DNA of 64,000 bases from an uncultured Flavobacteriaceae bacterium (GTDB taxonomy: Bacteria > Bacteroidota > Bacteroidia > Flavobacteriales > Flavobacteriaceae), in the NCBI GenBank assembly GCA_963704895.1, contig CAVPID010000002.1, positions 638,752 through 702,751 of the forward strand, given 5' to 3'. Made by a program: the position numbers and the translations under genes. Below the pieces are notes generated by a model, which was given only the letters and a program-made list of their open reading frames with translations, did no database searches and was not told the origin of the DNA. Positions 1-10,632 of this stretch are shown here, in pieces; the first letter of the stretch is position 1, and every line of letters begins with the position of its first letter.

Positions 1-394
1 AAATATCCTTTGTCTGGATAATGACGCCAATAATATTTTCCTTCTCATCATACCAGGGAACATTTACATACTCAAACCATTTTTCATTTTTTTGAGCATC
101 ATAAAAATTTTCTACGCCAGAAAGCATGGCTTTGCCTTTAATTACATTATTGAGATCTTTTTTCCAGGATTTGCTGATATCCTCAAAGAGTTCAAATAGC
201 GACAAGCCGATTACATCCCTGTTTGTAAAATCAAAGTAAGTAATCCATTTATCTGAAGTATGGATTATTTTGAATTTTTTATTCACAAATACCGTTGAAA
301 CTGGTAACTGTTTTATAAGGTAATCATTAGAAGATGTTTGGGTTTCACGCAACATACTACCGTAATTTCTTACTAAAGTAATCCGATTTTCCAT
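1..394 (-). CDS. PAS-domain sensor protein, N-terminal part only (3' end lies outside the window)
   Basis: Hand translation of the minus strand from ATG 394..392 gives MENRITLVRNYGSMLRETQ...KWFEYVNVPWYDEKENIIGVIIQTKDI, open to position 1. The pattern is PAS-fold-like. It is absent from the ORF track because it is open-ended. Confidence 0.5.
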   Translation of the reverse strand, partial: MENRITLVRNYGSMLRETQTSSNDYLIKQLPVSTVFVNKKFKIIHTSDKWITYFDFTNRDVIGLSLFELFEDISKSWKKDLNNVIKGKAMLSGVENFYDAQKNEKWFEYVNVPWYDEKENIIGVIIQTKDI

Positions 395-587
395 CAATTG
401 TCAATGATTGTTGTGAACTAGTCCAAACTCGTTGTGTGACTTCAATTTTACATGGAGTACACGATAAAATAACATTAAAAGTAAGTAATATCCTACTAAA
501 ATAGAATATTTTAGGAAATCAGATGCATTAAATAAAAAAAAAGAAAAAGCCCGCAGCAAAATAAACAGGGGCGCTAATCGATGAAAA

Positions 588-1043
588 TCATGATAATTTA
601 ACGGTACTGGGCACTAAAACACTATAATCTCCTCCATTTCTAATTACATCTCTTACAATAGATGAGCTGATAAAGGATTTGCCGGAAGCGGTAAGCAAAA
701 AAACTGTCTCAATGTCTGAAAGCTTTCTATTAGTATGAGCTATTGCCTTTTCAAACTCAAAATCTGCCGGGTTTCGCAGACCGCGAAGAATATATGCTGC
801 ATTTACTTTCTTACAAAAATCTATTGTCAGGCCTTCATAGGTCATAATTTTGATCTTTGGTTCGTCTTTAAAAGCTTCTGAAATAAAGGACATCCGTTCT
901 TCCAGAGAGAACATATATTTTTTTTCAGCATTTATTCCAATAGCTATTATTAGTTCATCGAATAGGCATATTCCCCTTTCAATAATATCAGAATGACCCA
1001 GGGTAATCGGGTCAAAAGAACCTGGAAAAATAGCACGCTTCAT
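588..1043 (-). CDS. coaD: Phosphopantetheine adenylyltransferase
   Basis: 151 aa. The N-terminal FPGSFDPITLGH nucleotidyltransferase motif and the length are typical of CoaD. Confidence 0.95.
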   Translation of the reverse strand: MKRAIFPGSFDPITLGHSDIIERGICLFDELIIAIGINAEKKYMFSLEERMSFISEAFKDEPKIKIMTYEGLTIDFCKKVNAAYILRGLRNPADFEFEKAIAHTNRKLSDIETVFLLTASGKSFISSSIVRDVIRNGGDYSVLVPSTVKLS

Positions 1044-1078
1044 TAGGTTTCTTGGTTTACATGTTAAATGTACTCAAT

Positions 1079-2053
1079 TTACTTCAATGCTTCATTTATG
1101 GCGTTTTCAAAAAGTTCCGGTAAACTTATACCTGCTATTTGAGCCTGTTGAGGTAAGATACTCTCTTCTGTTAAGCCGGGAGTTGTATTCATCTCTAACA
1201 TGTAAGGCTCGTTGCCAATAAAAATAAATTCGCTTCTGGAAAAACCTTTCATTTTTAAAACTTCATACGCTTTTTTGGCCTGATATCTTATATTTTCTTC
1301 CTGAGTTTTTGTTAAACGGGCAGGGGTGATTTCCTCTGATTTTCCTTCGTATTTTGCTTCATAATCAAAAAAATCATTATCTGTTATAATTTCAGTCAAA
1401 GGCAAAACCATAGTTTTACCTTTAAAGGTTAAGACCCCAACAGATACTTCAGTACCGTTGAGAAAAGATTCAATAATAATCTCATCATCCTCAAGAAATG
1501 CCTTGTCAATTGCTGCTGGTAAATCTTCTTTCTTATATACTTTGGAGATTCCAAAACTGCTTCCTGCTTTATTTGCCTTTACAAAACAGGGAAGGCCAAC
1601 TTTCTCTACAATGGCGAAATGATCAATAGCGTCACCCAAATTCAGATAATAAGAAGTTGCTGCTTTAATACCATAAGGTTTAAGTGTACTTAGTAAATCT
1701 CTTTTATTAAATGTCAGGGCTGCCTGATAATGACTACATGAAGTTTGAGGAATTCCTAAAAGGGCGAAATAGGCCTGCATTAATCCATCTTCGCCAGGAG
1801 TACCATGAATTGCGTTAAATACGCAATCAAAAAGGACAAGTTGATTCTGAATTTTCACAGAAAAATCATGCCTGTTTACGATTGTTTCATCTTCGTTTTC
1901 ATCCAGGCAAACCCATTTTTCTTTGGAAATTAAGATACGATAGGCATTAAATTTCTGCTTGTCTAAATATTTAAAAACCACATTACCACTCTTAATTGAG
2001 ATCTTATACTCACTGGAATAGCCCCCCATAATAATGGCAATATTCTTTTTCAT
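1079..2053 (-). CDS. ddl: D-alanine--D-alanine ligase
   Basis: 324 aa. ATP-grasp protein with MGGYSSE, HGTPGEDG and MLEMNTTPG motifs typical of Ddl. Confidence 0.95.
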   Translation of the reverse strand: MKKNIAIIMGGYSSEYKISIKSGNVVFKYLDKQKFNAYRILISKEKWVCLDENEDETIVNRHDFSVKIQNQLVLFDCVFNAIHGTPGEDGLMQAYFALLGIPQTSCSHYQAALTFNKRDLLSTLKPYGIKAATSYYLNLGDAIDHFAIVEKVGLPCFVKANKAGSSFGISKVYKKEDLPAAIDKAFLEDDEIIIESFLNGTEVSVGVLTFKGKTMVLPLTEIITDNDFFDYEAKYEGKSEEITPARLTKTQEENIRYQAKKAYEVLKMKGFSRSEFIFIGNEPYMLEMNTTPGLTEESILPQQAQIAGISLPELFENAINEALK

Positions 2054-2161
2054 TTAATGTTTTATATATAAACTCTTAAGCTGTTTAGACAAATATCACG
2101 ATTTTAACGTAAATAAAAAATGATAGGGTTTCCTATATTTGTATCACATATAAAAAAAGCA

Positions 2162-2749
2162 ATGAAGAATTTTTGGAATTTTCTTAGAAGTAAAGTTTTT
2201 CTGTTCAATATAGGGCTTGCTTTTATTGTAATAGTTGTTTTATGCGTATTTGCCCTGCAATGGTTAAAAAAATCAACTAACCATGGAGAATTTGTTGAGG
2301 TTCCGGATTTATCAAAGTTATCTGTAATGGAAATGAGAGATATAATTGAGGATGCCAATTTACGATATGAAGTATTGGATTCAGCCAATTTTAATCCCGA
2401 ATATCCCAGGTTTTCTATAATTGAACAGGATCCCCCTGCAGGGAATAAGGTAAAAGAAAATAGAAAAATATATATTACTGTTAATCCTTCCGGTTATAAA
2501 AAAGTAACGGTACCAAATATTATTCAGGTTACTCAGCGTAATGCAGGGTCAATGCTCCGGGCTGTTGGATTAGATGTTGAGCGTGTCACTTATATTGATG
2601 AGTTGGGAAAGGATATGGTATACTATATTAGATTTAAGGGTAAGACTATCAATCCTGGTGACAAAATACAAAAAACTTCAAAAATTGAACTGGTCTGCGG
2701 AAACGGAACAATAACTGGCCAGGCGAAAGTCAAAGCCGATTCGGAATAG
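2162..2749 (+). CDS. PASTA domain-containing membrane protein
   Basis: The track ORF is 2120..2749. I prefer the internal ATG at 2162 (MKNFWNFLRSKVF + TM helix). It has one TM segment followed by PASTA-like repeats and sits upstream of rluD, as in other Flavobacteriia. Confidence 0.75.
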   Translation: MKNFWNFLRSKVFLFNIGLAFIVIVVLCVFALQWLKKSTNHGEFVEVPDLSKLSVMEMRDIIEDANLRYEVLDSANFNPEYPRFSIIEQDPPAGNKVKENRKIYITVNPSGYKKVTVPNIIQVTQRNAGSMLRAVGLDVERVTYIDELGKDMVYYIRFKGKTINPGDKIQKTSKIELVCGNGTITGQAKVKADSE

Positions 2750-2752
2750 GAA

Positions 2753-3778
2753 ATGGCACTTAACAATACTTCAGATCCTGAAGAGGATGATCTTTATGAG
2801 CATTATAATTTTGTTGCTTCCAAAGGGCAGGAACCCTTACGGGTAGATAAGTTTTTAATGAATTTTATAGAAAATGCAACTCGGAATAAAATTCAATTAG
2901 CTGCAAAGGAAGGCCATATATGGGTTAATGAATCTGTTGTAAAACAAAATTACAAAGTAAAAGCAGGGGATGAGGTTAAAGTGTTTTTTGAACACCCGCC
3001 TTATGAGTTTTTGTTAACTCCCGAAGATATCCCTTTGAATATTGTCTATGAAGATGAATGTCTTCTGGTTGTAAACAAACCTGCCGGAATGGTAGTGCAT
3101 CCGGGGCATGGTAATTATTCCGGCACCTTAATTAATGCCTTATTACATCACATAAAAAGCTTACCTGTAAATTCTGACGAAAGGCCGGGTCTGGTTCATC
3201 GTATCGATAAAGATACTTCCGGATTATTGGTAATTGCCAAAACAGATATGGCCATGACTCATTTGGCAAAACAATTTTTTGATAAAACCAGCGAGAGAGA
3301 ATATATCGCACTGGTTTGGGGGAATATAGAAGCAGACGAAGGCACCATCAAAGGACATATTGACCGTAATCCAAAAAACCGACTTCAAATGCAAGTTTTT
3401 CCTGAGGGTGATAAAGGAAAAGATGCAATTACACATTTTACAGTTTTAGAACGTTTGGGATATGTAACTCTGGTTTCATGTAAACTGGAGACCGGAAGGA
3501 CACACCAGATTCGGGTACACATGAAATATATAGGGCATACTATTTTTAATGATGAACGCTATGGGGGGAATAAAATATTAAAGGGAACTACCTTTACCAA
3601 ATACAAACAGTTTGTAGAAAATGCTTTTAAAATCCTGCCAAGACAGGCTTTGCATGCCAAGACCCTTGGATTTGTACATCCGGTAAGTGGAAAAATGATG
3701 CGCTTTGATAGTGAATTGCCTGATGACATGGCCAATTGCATTGAGAAGTGGAGGCATTATTCGCGGCATTCTCAATAG
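2753..3778 (+). CDS. rluD: RluA-family 23S rRNA pseudouridine synthase (RluD-like)
   Basis: 341 aa. N-terminal S4-like domain plus the catalytic HRIDKDTSGLL motif and GRTHQIRVH. Confidence 0.9.
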   Translation: MALNNTSDPEEDDLYEHYNFVASKGQEPLRVDKFLMNFIENATRNKIQLAAKEGHIWVNESVVKQNYKVKAGDEVKVFFEHPPYEFLLTPEDIPLNIVYEDECLLVVNKPAGMVVHPGHGNYSGTLINALLHHIKSLPVNSDERPGLVHRIDKDTSGLLVIAKTDMAMTHLAKQFFDKTSEREYIALVWGNIEADEGTIKGHIDRNPKNRLQMQVFPEGDKGKDAITHFTVLERLGYVTLVSCKLETGRTHQIRVHMKYIGHTIFNDERYGGNKILKGTTFTKYKQFVENAFKILPRQALHAKTLGFVHPVSGKMMRFDSELPDDMANCIEKWRHYSRHSQ

Positions 3779-3874
3779 CAATAAATTTCGTTGATAGGGG
3801 TATTGATAAGTCCTTTCATACTTTTTAAGGAATTCCCAAAAATCCTCTTTACTTTTATCTTAAAATTTTGAAAT

Positions 3875-4636
3875 ATGAAGATTGTGCTTTCTCCTGCCAA
3901 GTCGCTAGATTTTGAACGTCCAATACCCACGGTAAAATATACACAACCAGCGTTTCTGGAGCAGTCGGAAAAATTAATAAAGGTATTGGCCAAGAAAAAC
4001 CCCAAGTCCCTTTCCAAATTAATGAGTATTTCAAATGACCTGGCTGAATTAAACTGGGAACGCAACCAAAAGTTTTCGCTGCCTTTCACCCCGGAAAATG
4101 CCCGCCCTGCCATATATGCTTTCAATGGTGATGTTTATCAGGGATTAGATGCATACAGTATTTCTGAGAATAACTTAGAAAAGTTGCAGGACACACTTCG
4201 AATCCTTTCGGGTTTATATGGCGTTTTAAAACCTCTTGATCTTATTCAGCCCTATCGTTTAGAGATGGGAACACAATTAAAAATTGGTCGAAAAAAGAAT
4301 CTTTATGACTTTTGGAAACAGAGTGTGACTGACTTTTTAAACGATGAATTGGAAGATGGAGAGCTTTTTATTAATCTCGCCAGTAATGAGTATTTTGGCG
4401 CTGTGGATGAAAAAAAATTAAAAACCAATGTAATAACTCCTGTATTCAAGGATTGGAAAAACGATAAGCTCAAAGTAATTAGTTTCTTCGCTAAAAAAGC
4501 CCGGGGTTCCATGGTACGTTATATACTGGACACGGATGCAAAAACTCTTGAAGACATAAAGGGATTTAATCTGGACGAATATATCTACAGTAAAGAACAC
4601 ACTTTAAAAGAAAACCAACCTGTTTTTATTCGATAG
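3875..4636 (+). CDS. yaaA: Peroxide stress protein YaaA (UPF0246/DUF328)
   Basis: 253 aa. It starts [13 protein letters not shown] and contains the RLEM motif characteristic of YaaA. Confidence 0.9.
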   Translation: MKIVLSPAKSLDFERPIPTVKYTQPAFLEQSEKLIKVLAKKNPKSLSKLMSISNDLAELNWERNQKFSLPFTPENARPAIYAFNGDVYQGLDAYSISENNLEKLQDTLRILSGLYGVLKPLDLIQPYRLEMGTQLKIGRKKNLYDFWKQSVTDFLNDELEDGELFINLASNEYFGAVDEKKLKTNVITPVFKDWKNDKLKVISFFAKKARGSMVRYILDTDAKTLEDIKGFNLDEYIYSKEHTLKENQPVFIR

Positions 4637-4693
4637 AATATTTTTCTGAAGCAAACGTTTATAATATGAAGTTTTATCGATAAACAACTTGCA

Positions 4694-5059
4694 ATGAAAA
4701 ATTTTGGTTTTGTATTACTCGCCTTTTTAGTGTTTACATTTAGCTGCACTGACAGGGATGATAATGTAGATACTGTTAATATCCGCATCAAGAATGATAG
4801 TAATATCAATTTTGATGAGGTACAGGTAGGCACTAATGAGGAAATATATACAAATGTAGCCCCCGGCGATTATTCAAATTATTTGGTATATGAGTTGGCT
4901 TATCAATACGCCTTTGTTGAAATCAAATCCGGAGAGGACATCTATGTCCTACAGCCAATTGATTTTGTTGGTGAAACGGAACTTCCCATTGGGTTTTATA
5001 CCTATAAATTAAGTATAAATGAAGAAGGAGAAGTTGGTCTGCAGTTTGTTGTTGACTAG
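4694..5059 (+). CDS. Hypothetical lipoprotein
   Basis: 121 aa. Signal peptide with a lipobox-like LVFTFSC. No recognisable family. Confidence 0.5.
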   Translation: MKNFGFVLLAFLVFTFSCTDRDDNVDTVNIRIKNDSNINFDEVQVGTNEEIYTNVAPGDYSNYLVYELAYQYAFVEIKSGEDIYVLQPIDFVGETELPIGFYTYKLSINEEGEVGLQFVVD

Positions 5060-5184
5060 GTTTTGCCTTTAGTCTTTTTTTTCTTTACAACCACGACTTT
5101 TGCCTTTGACTTTTTCGGTCTTCGGGCTCCGTATGATTTATTGGAAATTTTTCCTCTTTTGGTTTTTATATCCCCTTTACCCAT
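5056..5184 (-). CDS. 30S ribosomal protein THX (bTHX), 42 aa
   Basis: Hand translation gives MGKGDIKTKRGKISNKSYGARRPKKSKAKVVVVKKKKTKGKT*. The MGKGD.KT.RGK...SYG.RRP pattern is the THX signature. It is too short for the ORF track, and its stop overlaps the stop of the convergent gene at 5056..5059. Confidence 0.7.
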   Translation of the reverse strand: MGKGDIKTKRGKISNKSYGARRPKKSKAKVVVVKKKKTKGKT

Positions 5185-5315
5185 AAGTATTATATATTTC
5201 ACTTAAAGTACAAAAATTAGCACTATAAAACAATCTACCGTTTTCCCTTTTTGCAAAATACTATCTTTATAACTTTGGAAGATTATATAGAAATCAGCGA
5301 TAATTAAAATTCAAA

Positions 5316-5984
5316 TTGTTTTTACATACCCATCCTTATCAACCTTTTTTATTTGATGATGCCACAAAACTCATAGTGGGGACCCTGCCACCTCCTAGAT
5401 TTACGACTGGCGATTTGAGGGAAGGAGATGTCGATTTTTGTTATGGGAGCAGGGATGGTCAGTTATGGCCTATTTTGAATCAAATTTTTGGATTGAATTT
5501 AAAATACGAAACGACCAGTGAGGCCGTAAAACAACGTAAGGATTTTTTAACTGAACAAAAAATAGGAATCTGCGATATTGTTCAAAGTGCAGAACGAACA
5601 AAAGTAGATGCCTCCGACTTGGGTATGAAGAATGTTACCCTTAGGAACCTTATTGCCCATTTACATAAATACAACAAGGTAGAATGGTTATTGTTTACCG
5701 GAGGAAATAGCAAAAATGGACCGGAATATTTCTTTAGAAAGCATATCAAGGCACATGGTTTGAGATTGGAGCCAATTTCTGAAGAGATTCCGCGGGTACA
5801 TAAGTTTACACTTCCTGGGAATTTAAAAAGAACCATCAGAACGGTATCCTTAACAGCTCCTTCCGGTTCTGCCAATAGAGCTGTTGGTAGTTTTGTTTCA
5901 TATAAAAAGATAAAGGCGTTGAATCCTGAGTATACAACATTGCATTACAGAGTAGATCAATACCGTACTTTTTTTAAACAGTAA
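5316..5984 (+). CDS. Uracil-DNA glycosylase superfamily protein (deoxyinosine/hypoxanthine-DNA glycosylase-like)
   Basis: 222 aa with a TTG start in the track. LIVGTLPPPRF...FCYGSRDGQLWPIL resembles the UDG-superfamily N-terminal motifs. Assignment is by motif memory only. Confidence 0.5.
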   Translation: MFLHTHPYQPFLFDDATKLIVGTLPPPRFTTGDLREGDVDFCYGSRDGQLWPILNQIFGLNLKYETTSEAVKQRKDFLTEQKIGICDIVQSAERTKVDASDLGMKNVTLRNLIAHLHKYNKVEWLLFTGGNSKNGPEYFFRKHIKAHGLRLEPISEEIPRVHKFTLPGNLKRTIRTVSLTAPSGSANRAVGSFVSYKKIKALNPEYTTLHYRVDQYRTFFKQ

Positions 5985-6251
5985 AATCTAGTCGGGCAGA
6001 TAAATTGAATAATCTAAGATATCTGGGAAATAAAATTACTCTTATAAAGCTATGATATAAAGCTGGTACGATAGTTTTTCAAATCGTGATTTGAATTGAG
6101 AGATATGTTGGTTTTTTTATAAAGACAAATTATTTTGTGATTTGCCACTTTTCCATTTTAAAGATTATATTATAATGCGGATATTTAGAGACTTAAACCA
6201 ATACTTAGGTACGACAATAAAAAAGATTCAATTGAATAGTTAAGAAAATTT

Positions 6252-8798
6252 ATGCATAAGACGGAAAGATTAGAGGAATTTAAAAAATTGGTTAAAAATA
6301 AGTTCTACGTTTATAACAGCTTGTTTTTAAATTTGCCTTATCAGGGTATCGAAAATGTGGGGATGCTCATTCCCCTTTTGTTTGATCAATGTGAAAAAGG
6401 ACTGAAATCTGGCAAAAATCCACAACAAATTCTGGATTTATTTTTCCAGAACTACGCGAATATAGATACCGAGCAGGAAAGAATTGATTTTATGTTCAGT
6501 GTCATTCAATATGTTGAACGACAAGTGGTATTGTATGATAGCGTGGAAGATGCCGCATTTCCGAAATTACATGAACATTCAAGCTCTTTATCCATAAAAG
6601 ATTACTTTCAGTTAGTAGATAAAAATAAAAGCTGGGAAAAGATTGCCAAGAAATTATCAACCTTTAGTGCGCGTATTGTTTTAACGGCTCATCCGACTCA
6701 GTTCTATACTCCGGCTGTACTTGATATCATTGAAGAATTAAAATCGCTAATTCTTGAAGATAAGATTAATGATATTGATGTTGTTCTTCAACAGTTGGGG
6801 CTCACTTCTTTGATAAATACAAAGAAACCTACACCATTAGATGAAGCAAAAAACATTATTTACATTCTTAGAAATGTATACTATGCTGCTGTCGGGGATT
6901 TATTCACATATATTAAAAGCAATATAGAGAATGATGATTTTGACAATTACAATATTATTAAACTCGGATTTTGGCCTGGTGGTGACAGAGACGGGAATCC
7001 ATTTGTAACGGCAGATATTACCAAGGATGTGGCAGATGAACTCCGTATTAATCTAATGAAATGTTACTATAATGACCTCAAAATTCTTCGTAAGAAACTC
7101 ACTTTTAAAGACCTTCGCCCTGACCTGAATACTTTAAGGGACAGGCTTTATGTAGCTATGTTTGACCCCAATAGAGTAGTAAGCTATGATGATATTATTG
7201 GGCCATTAGTTACGGTAAGAGAAATTTTGATAGACAAGTACAATTCGCTTTACCTAAAACAATTGGATGATCTTATTGATAAGGTAAAAATTTTCAAGAC
7301 ACATTTTGCGACTCTGGATATTCGTCAGGACCACAGTAAACACAAACAGGTAATTGAAACAGTGCTTAAGACTAATGGTTATATTAATGAAAGCCTTGAT
7401 GAACTTGCTGAAGATAAATTAACGCACATACTTCTCAATGAAAATTTGAAATTGGACCCTAAGGATTTCAATGATGAAATTGTAAAAGATACTATTGTAA
7501 ATATCTCGCACTTAAAGGATATTCAGAATAAAAATGGTGAAGAAGGTTGCAACCGATATATTATAAGTAATTCAGAGGATATTTATTCTGTTCTTTTTGT
7601 TTACGGGCTATTCAGATGGTGCGGTTGGGAGAAGGATAAAATTACTTTTGATATCGTTCCGCTTTTTGAGACAATGAACGGAATGGATACTGCCGAAGCC
7701 ACCATGCAATACTTATTTAATTTGCCCGACTACCGCTCGCATCTCGAACAACGTGGCAGAAGGCAGACCATGATGCTCGGATTCTCGGATGGAACAAAAG
7801 ATGGCGGTTATTTAAAAGCCAATTGGTCTATTTTAAAAACCAAGGAAGTTTTGTCAAAAGTCTGTTCAAAGAATGGAATTAATGCAATATTTTTTGACGG
7901 CAGGGGCGGACCACCGGCCCGGGGGGGAGGAAAAACACATCGCTTTTATGCCGCACAAACTAAGGATATAGCCAATAATGAAATACAATTAACCATACAG
8001 GGACAGACCATAACAAGTACGTATGGTACTAAGGAGCAGTTCATGCATAATTCAGAACAGTTATTAACGGCAGGATTATCAAATAACCTATTTGGAAAAG
8101 AAAATGTGATCTCCAGGGAATCACGAAAGTTGATGGAAGAACTTTCTGATCTTAGTTTTGAGAAATACGATGCCCTTAAGCAACATGAAATGTTTATTTC
8201 ATATCTCGAAAACAGGAGTACCCTAAAGTATTATACCAAGGCTAATATTGGCAGCAGACCCGGAAAGAGGGGTCAAAAGGCAAAATTGGAACTTACAGAT
8301 TTAAGGGCAATATCTTTTGTGGGTTCATGGAGCCAACTTAAACAAAATGTACCTGGGTATTTTGGTATAGGTACGGCAATTAAAAAACTGAAAGATGCGG
8401 GTAAACTCAGAGAATTAAAAAAGTTATTCAAAGAGGTGCCCTTTTTTGAAACTTTAATGCTTAACAGTATGATGTCTTTGTCTAAGTGTTATTTTGAGCT
8501 CACCAGTTATATGAAGGACGATAAGGAATATGGGGATTTCTGGAATATCCTGCACGATGAATATCTGTTGTCAAAACAGATGTTATTGCTAATAAGCAAT
8601 TCGGATATACTTATGGAAAACGAAGCTGTTTCAAGAGAATCAATTAAGATCAGAGAAAATATTGTCCTGCCGTTATTGGTAATTCAGCAATATGCCCTGC
8701 ATCAAATCAGCGAGAATTCGGATTATAAAGCGCTTTATGAAAAAATAGTTACCCGTTCATTGTACGGAAATATTAATGCAAGTAGAAATTCTGCATAG
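6252..8798 (+). CDS. ppc: Phosphoenolpyruvate carboxylase
   Basis: 848 aa with the VLTAHPTQ, GFWPGGDRDGNP, MLGFSDGTKDGG and FFDGRGGPPARGGG catalytic motifs. Confidence 0.95.
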   Translation: MHKTERLEEFKKLVKNKFYVYNSLFLNLPYQGIENVGMLIPLLFDQCEKGLKSGKNPQQILDLFFQNYANIDTEQERIDFMFSVIQYVERQVVLYDSVEDAAFPKLHEHSSSLSIKDYFQLVDKNKSWEKIAKKLSTFSARIVLTAHPTQFYTPAVLDIIEELKSLILEDKINDIDVVLQQLGLTSLINTKKPTPLDEAKNIIYILRNVYYAAVGDLFTYIKSNIENDDFDNYNIIKLGFWPGGDRDGNPFVTADITKDVADELRINLMKCYYNDLKILRKKLTFKDLRPDLNTLRDRLYVAMFDPNRVVSYDDIIGPLVTVREILIDKYNSLYLKQLDDLIDKVKIFKTHFATLDIRQDHSKHKQVIETVLKTNGYINESLDELAEDKLTHILLNENLKLDPKDFNDEIVKDTIVNISHLKDIQNKNGEEGCNRYIISNSEDIYSVLFVYGLFRWCGWEKDKITFDIVPLFETMNGMDTAEATMQYLFNLPDYRSHLEQRGRRQTMMLGFSDGTKDGGYLKANWSILKTKEVLSKVCSKNGINAIFFDGRGGPPARGGGKTHRFYAAQTKDIANNEIQLTIQGQTITSTYGTKEQFMHNSEQLLTAGLSNNLFGKENVISRESRKLMEELSDLSFEKYDALKQHEMFISYLENRSTLKYYTKANIGSRPGKRGQKAKLELTDLRAISFVGSWSQLKQNVPGYFGIGTAIKKLKDAGKLRELKKLFKEVPFFETLMLNSMMSLSKCYFELTSYMKDDKEYGDFWNILHDEYLLSKQMLLLISNSDILMENEAVSRESIKIRENIVLPLLVIQQYALHQISENSDYKALYEKIVTRSLYGNINASRNSA

Positions 8799-8873
8799 CC
8801 ATTGTTTGGAACTGCTTTTTAATAAAAGTTAGAGCACTATGAAGATTATTAGCTTGTAGAGACTGTTAATCTT

Positions 8874-10367
8874 TTATTCCATTTTATTGCTCATAATTCC
8901 GTAAAACACCTGAATACCATAAGCAATCTGACCAATTTTTAAATTTTCGTTAGGGCTGTGTTGATTGTTATCCGGATTCACAAGAGGAACAAGAAAAGCT
9001 GGAATCTTAAGTTCGTTAATAAAAGGCGCAATTGGAACCGTACCTCCCATGATCCTTATTTGTACTACATCCTCTGAGAATGTATTTTTAAAGGTATCCA
9101 CCAGGAAATTACCATAAGGATTGTCCAAATCCGTTCTGAATGCATCTGTGACTGTGCCTTCTGTAATAGTGATGATTTTCTCGTGCTTCATTCTTTGGCT
9201 CTTATCCGGGACTTCAGTCATAACATAATACCCTTGATTTTCGACATGTTTCTTTACCAGACTTTTCAAACGATCTCCATCAGATTCTGGTACAAGGCGA
9301 ATGTCTATTTCAGCAGTAGCACTTTCAGGTACTATGGTTCGGGCTTTTTCACCAACCCATCCTGAAGATAACCCCCGAATATTTAATGAAGGATATTGCA
9401 TGGCTTCCTGATAAAATGCGCCTACCTTTTCAGCTTGTTTGATGGCAAGATGGGTGTTTATAGTTTTAGCATCATCCGGTACACTTTGGAGTATATTCAT
9501 TGTCGATTCATCAATTTCAATACCATCATAGTAACCTTCAATTAATACTCTTCCATCGGTATCTTTCATACTGGCCAATACCTGGGCCAATTGGAACCCG
9601 GGATTTGGGGCATAATTACCATAATGACCACTGTGTTGCGGCATTATTGGACCGTAGGTAGTTAGCGTTAATGTTGTTATGCCTCTGGTGCCATATGCAA
9701 TTGTTGGTTTACCCGAAGAATGGACAGGACCATCTGAAATGATCAGAAAATCTGCTTGTAACAGGTCACTATATTCTTTTACGGCCTTTGGCAAGGGTGC
9801 ACTACTTTTTTCTTCTTCTCCGTCTAATATTACTTTTACATTAAATGGAATTTGCACGTTGTTTTTTTTCAATAGATCAATGGTATTTAAGAACATAACA
9901 ATTGGTCCCTTGTCATCTGATGTTGAACGGCCAAATAGGCGCCAATCATAATTCACATCCTCCTTTAAATCATCAAACGAAAGTGTTTTCCAAACATCAT
10001 TATCCTTTGTTTTAAGCTCTACTTTATAAGGATCTGACTGATCCCACTTGGAAGGTTCCACGGACTGCCCATCGAAATGCATGTAAAAAAGTATTGTCGG
10101 CTTGTCATCTTCCATGGGGAGGGCCGCAAAAAAAAGCGACTCCCCTTCTGTAGGAAGTACGGATGAATTAAAACCCCTTTCATTGAATTTTTTGGTGAGC
10201 CATGAAAGGTTTCTGTTGATATCTGAATGATCCAAGGCATCGTTCGGGATTGCCACGAATTCTCGTAGTTCATCTATGGTATGGCGGACTTGCGCTTTTA
10301 GTTCAAGGTCTTGTGCATTGTTAATCCATAAGATAAGAAGAGAAAAACAGGTCAATAAATTTTTCAT
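8874..10367 (-). CDS. Secreted M20-family metallopeptidase (dipeptidase-like)
   Basis: 497 aa with a signal peptide. HFDGQ, GRSTSDDKGP and DGEEEKSS match M20 metal- and catalytic-site motifs. Confidence 0.8.
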   Translation of the reverse strand: MKNLLTCFSLLILWINNAQDLELKAQVRHTIDELREFVAIPNDALDHSDINRNLSWLTKKFNERGFNSSVLPTEGESLFFAALPMEDDKPTILFYMHFDGQSVEPSKWDQSDPYKVELKTKDNDVWKTLSFDDLKEDVNYDWRLFGRSTSDDKGPIVMFLNTIDLLKKNNVQIPFNVKVILDGEEEKSSAPLPKAVKEYSDLLQADFLIISDGPVHSSGKPTIAYGTRGITTLTLTTYGPIMPQHSGHYGNYAPNPGFQLAQVLASMKDTDGRVLIEGYYDGIEIDESTMNILQSVPDDAKTINTHLAIKQAEKVGAFYQEAMQYPSLNIRGLSSGWVGEKARTIVPESATAEIDIRLVPESDGDRLKSLVKKHVENQGYYVMTEVPDKSQRMKHEKIITITEGTVTDAFRTDLDNPYGNFLVDTFKNTFSEDVVQIRIMGGTVPIAPFINELKIPAFLVPLVNPDNNQHSPNENLKIGQIAYGIQVFYGIMSNKME

Positions 10368-10407
10368 ATGGTAGTGTAAATTGATTATGATTTAAAATTA
10401 GGTAATT

Positions 10408-10632
10408 CTATGGGTTGATCAAATGCTTTAATCTTAAAACAAGTAATCGAATTAAAAGAACAAAAGGAAATCCATGAAAAAAGAGATCAAACCAATCCAT
10501 GGGTTTCATACCAATACTTCCTCCGAAAACCCATTTTAATTTACCCCATAAATGAGGCTCAGGGAAAAAAGGAGCCATTCCAAGGGTTAAACATAATAAG
10601 AATACAATTTTCCAATTATTAATTACATTCAT
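10408..10632 (-). CDS. Small hydrophobic protein (74 aa) translationally coupled to trpA
   Basis: Two predicted TM segments. Its ATG overlaps the trpA TGA as ATGA (forward tcat at 10629..10632). Confidence 0.5.
   Translation of the reverse strand: MNVINNWKIVFLLCLTLGMAPFFPEPHLWGKLKWVFGGSIGMKPMDWFDLFFHGFPFVLLIRLLVLRLKHLINP

Noticed and set aside
541-583. A weak hairpin plus a long T-run (minus strand) downstream of coaD as a terminator.
   Set aside because: The stem is only about 5 bp with a bulge in my hand fold, which is too weak to list as a feature.
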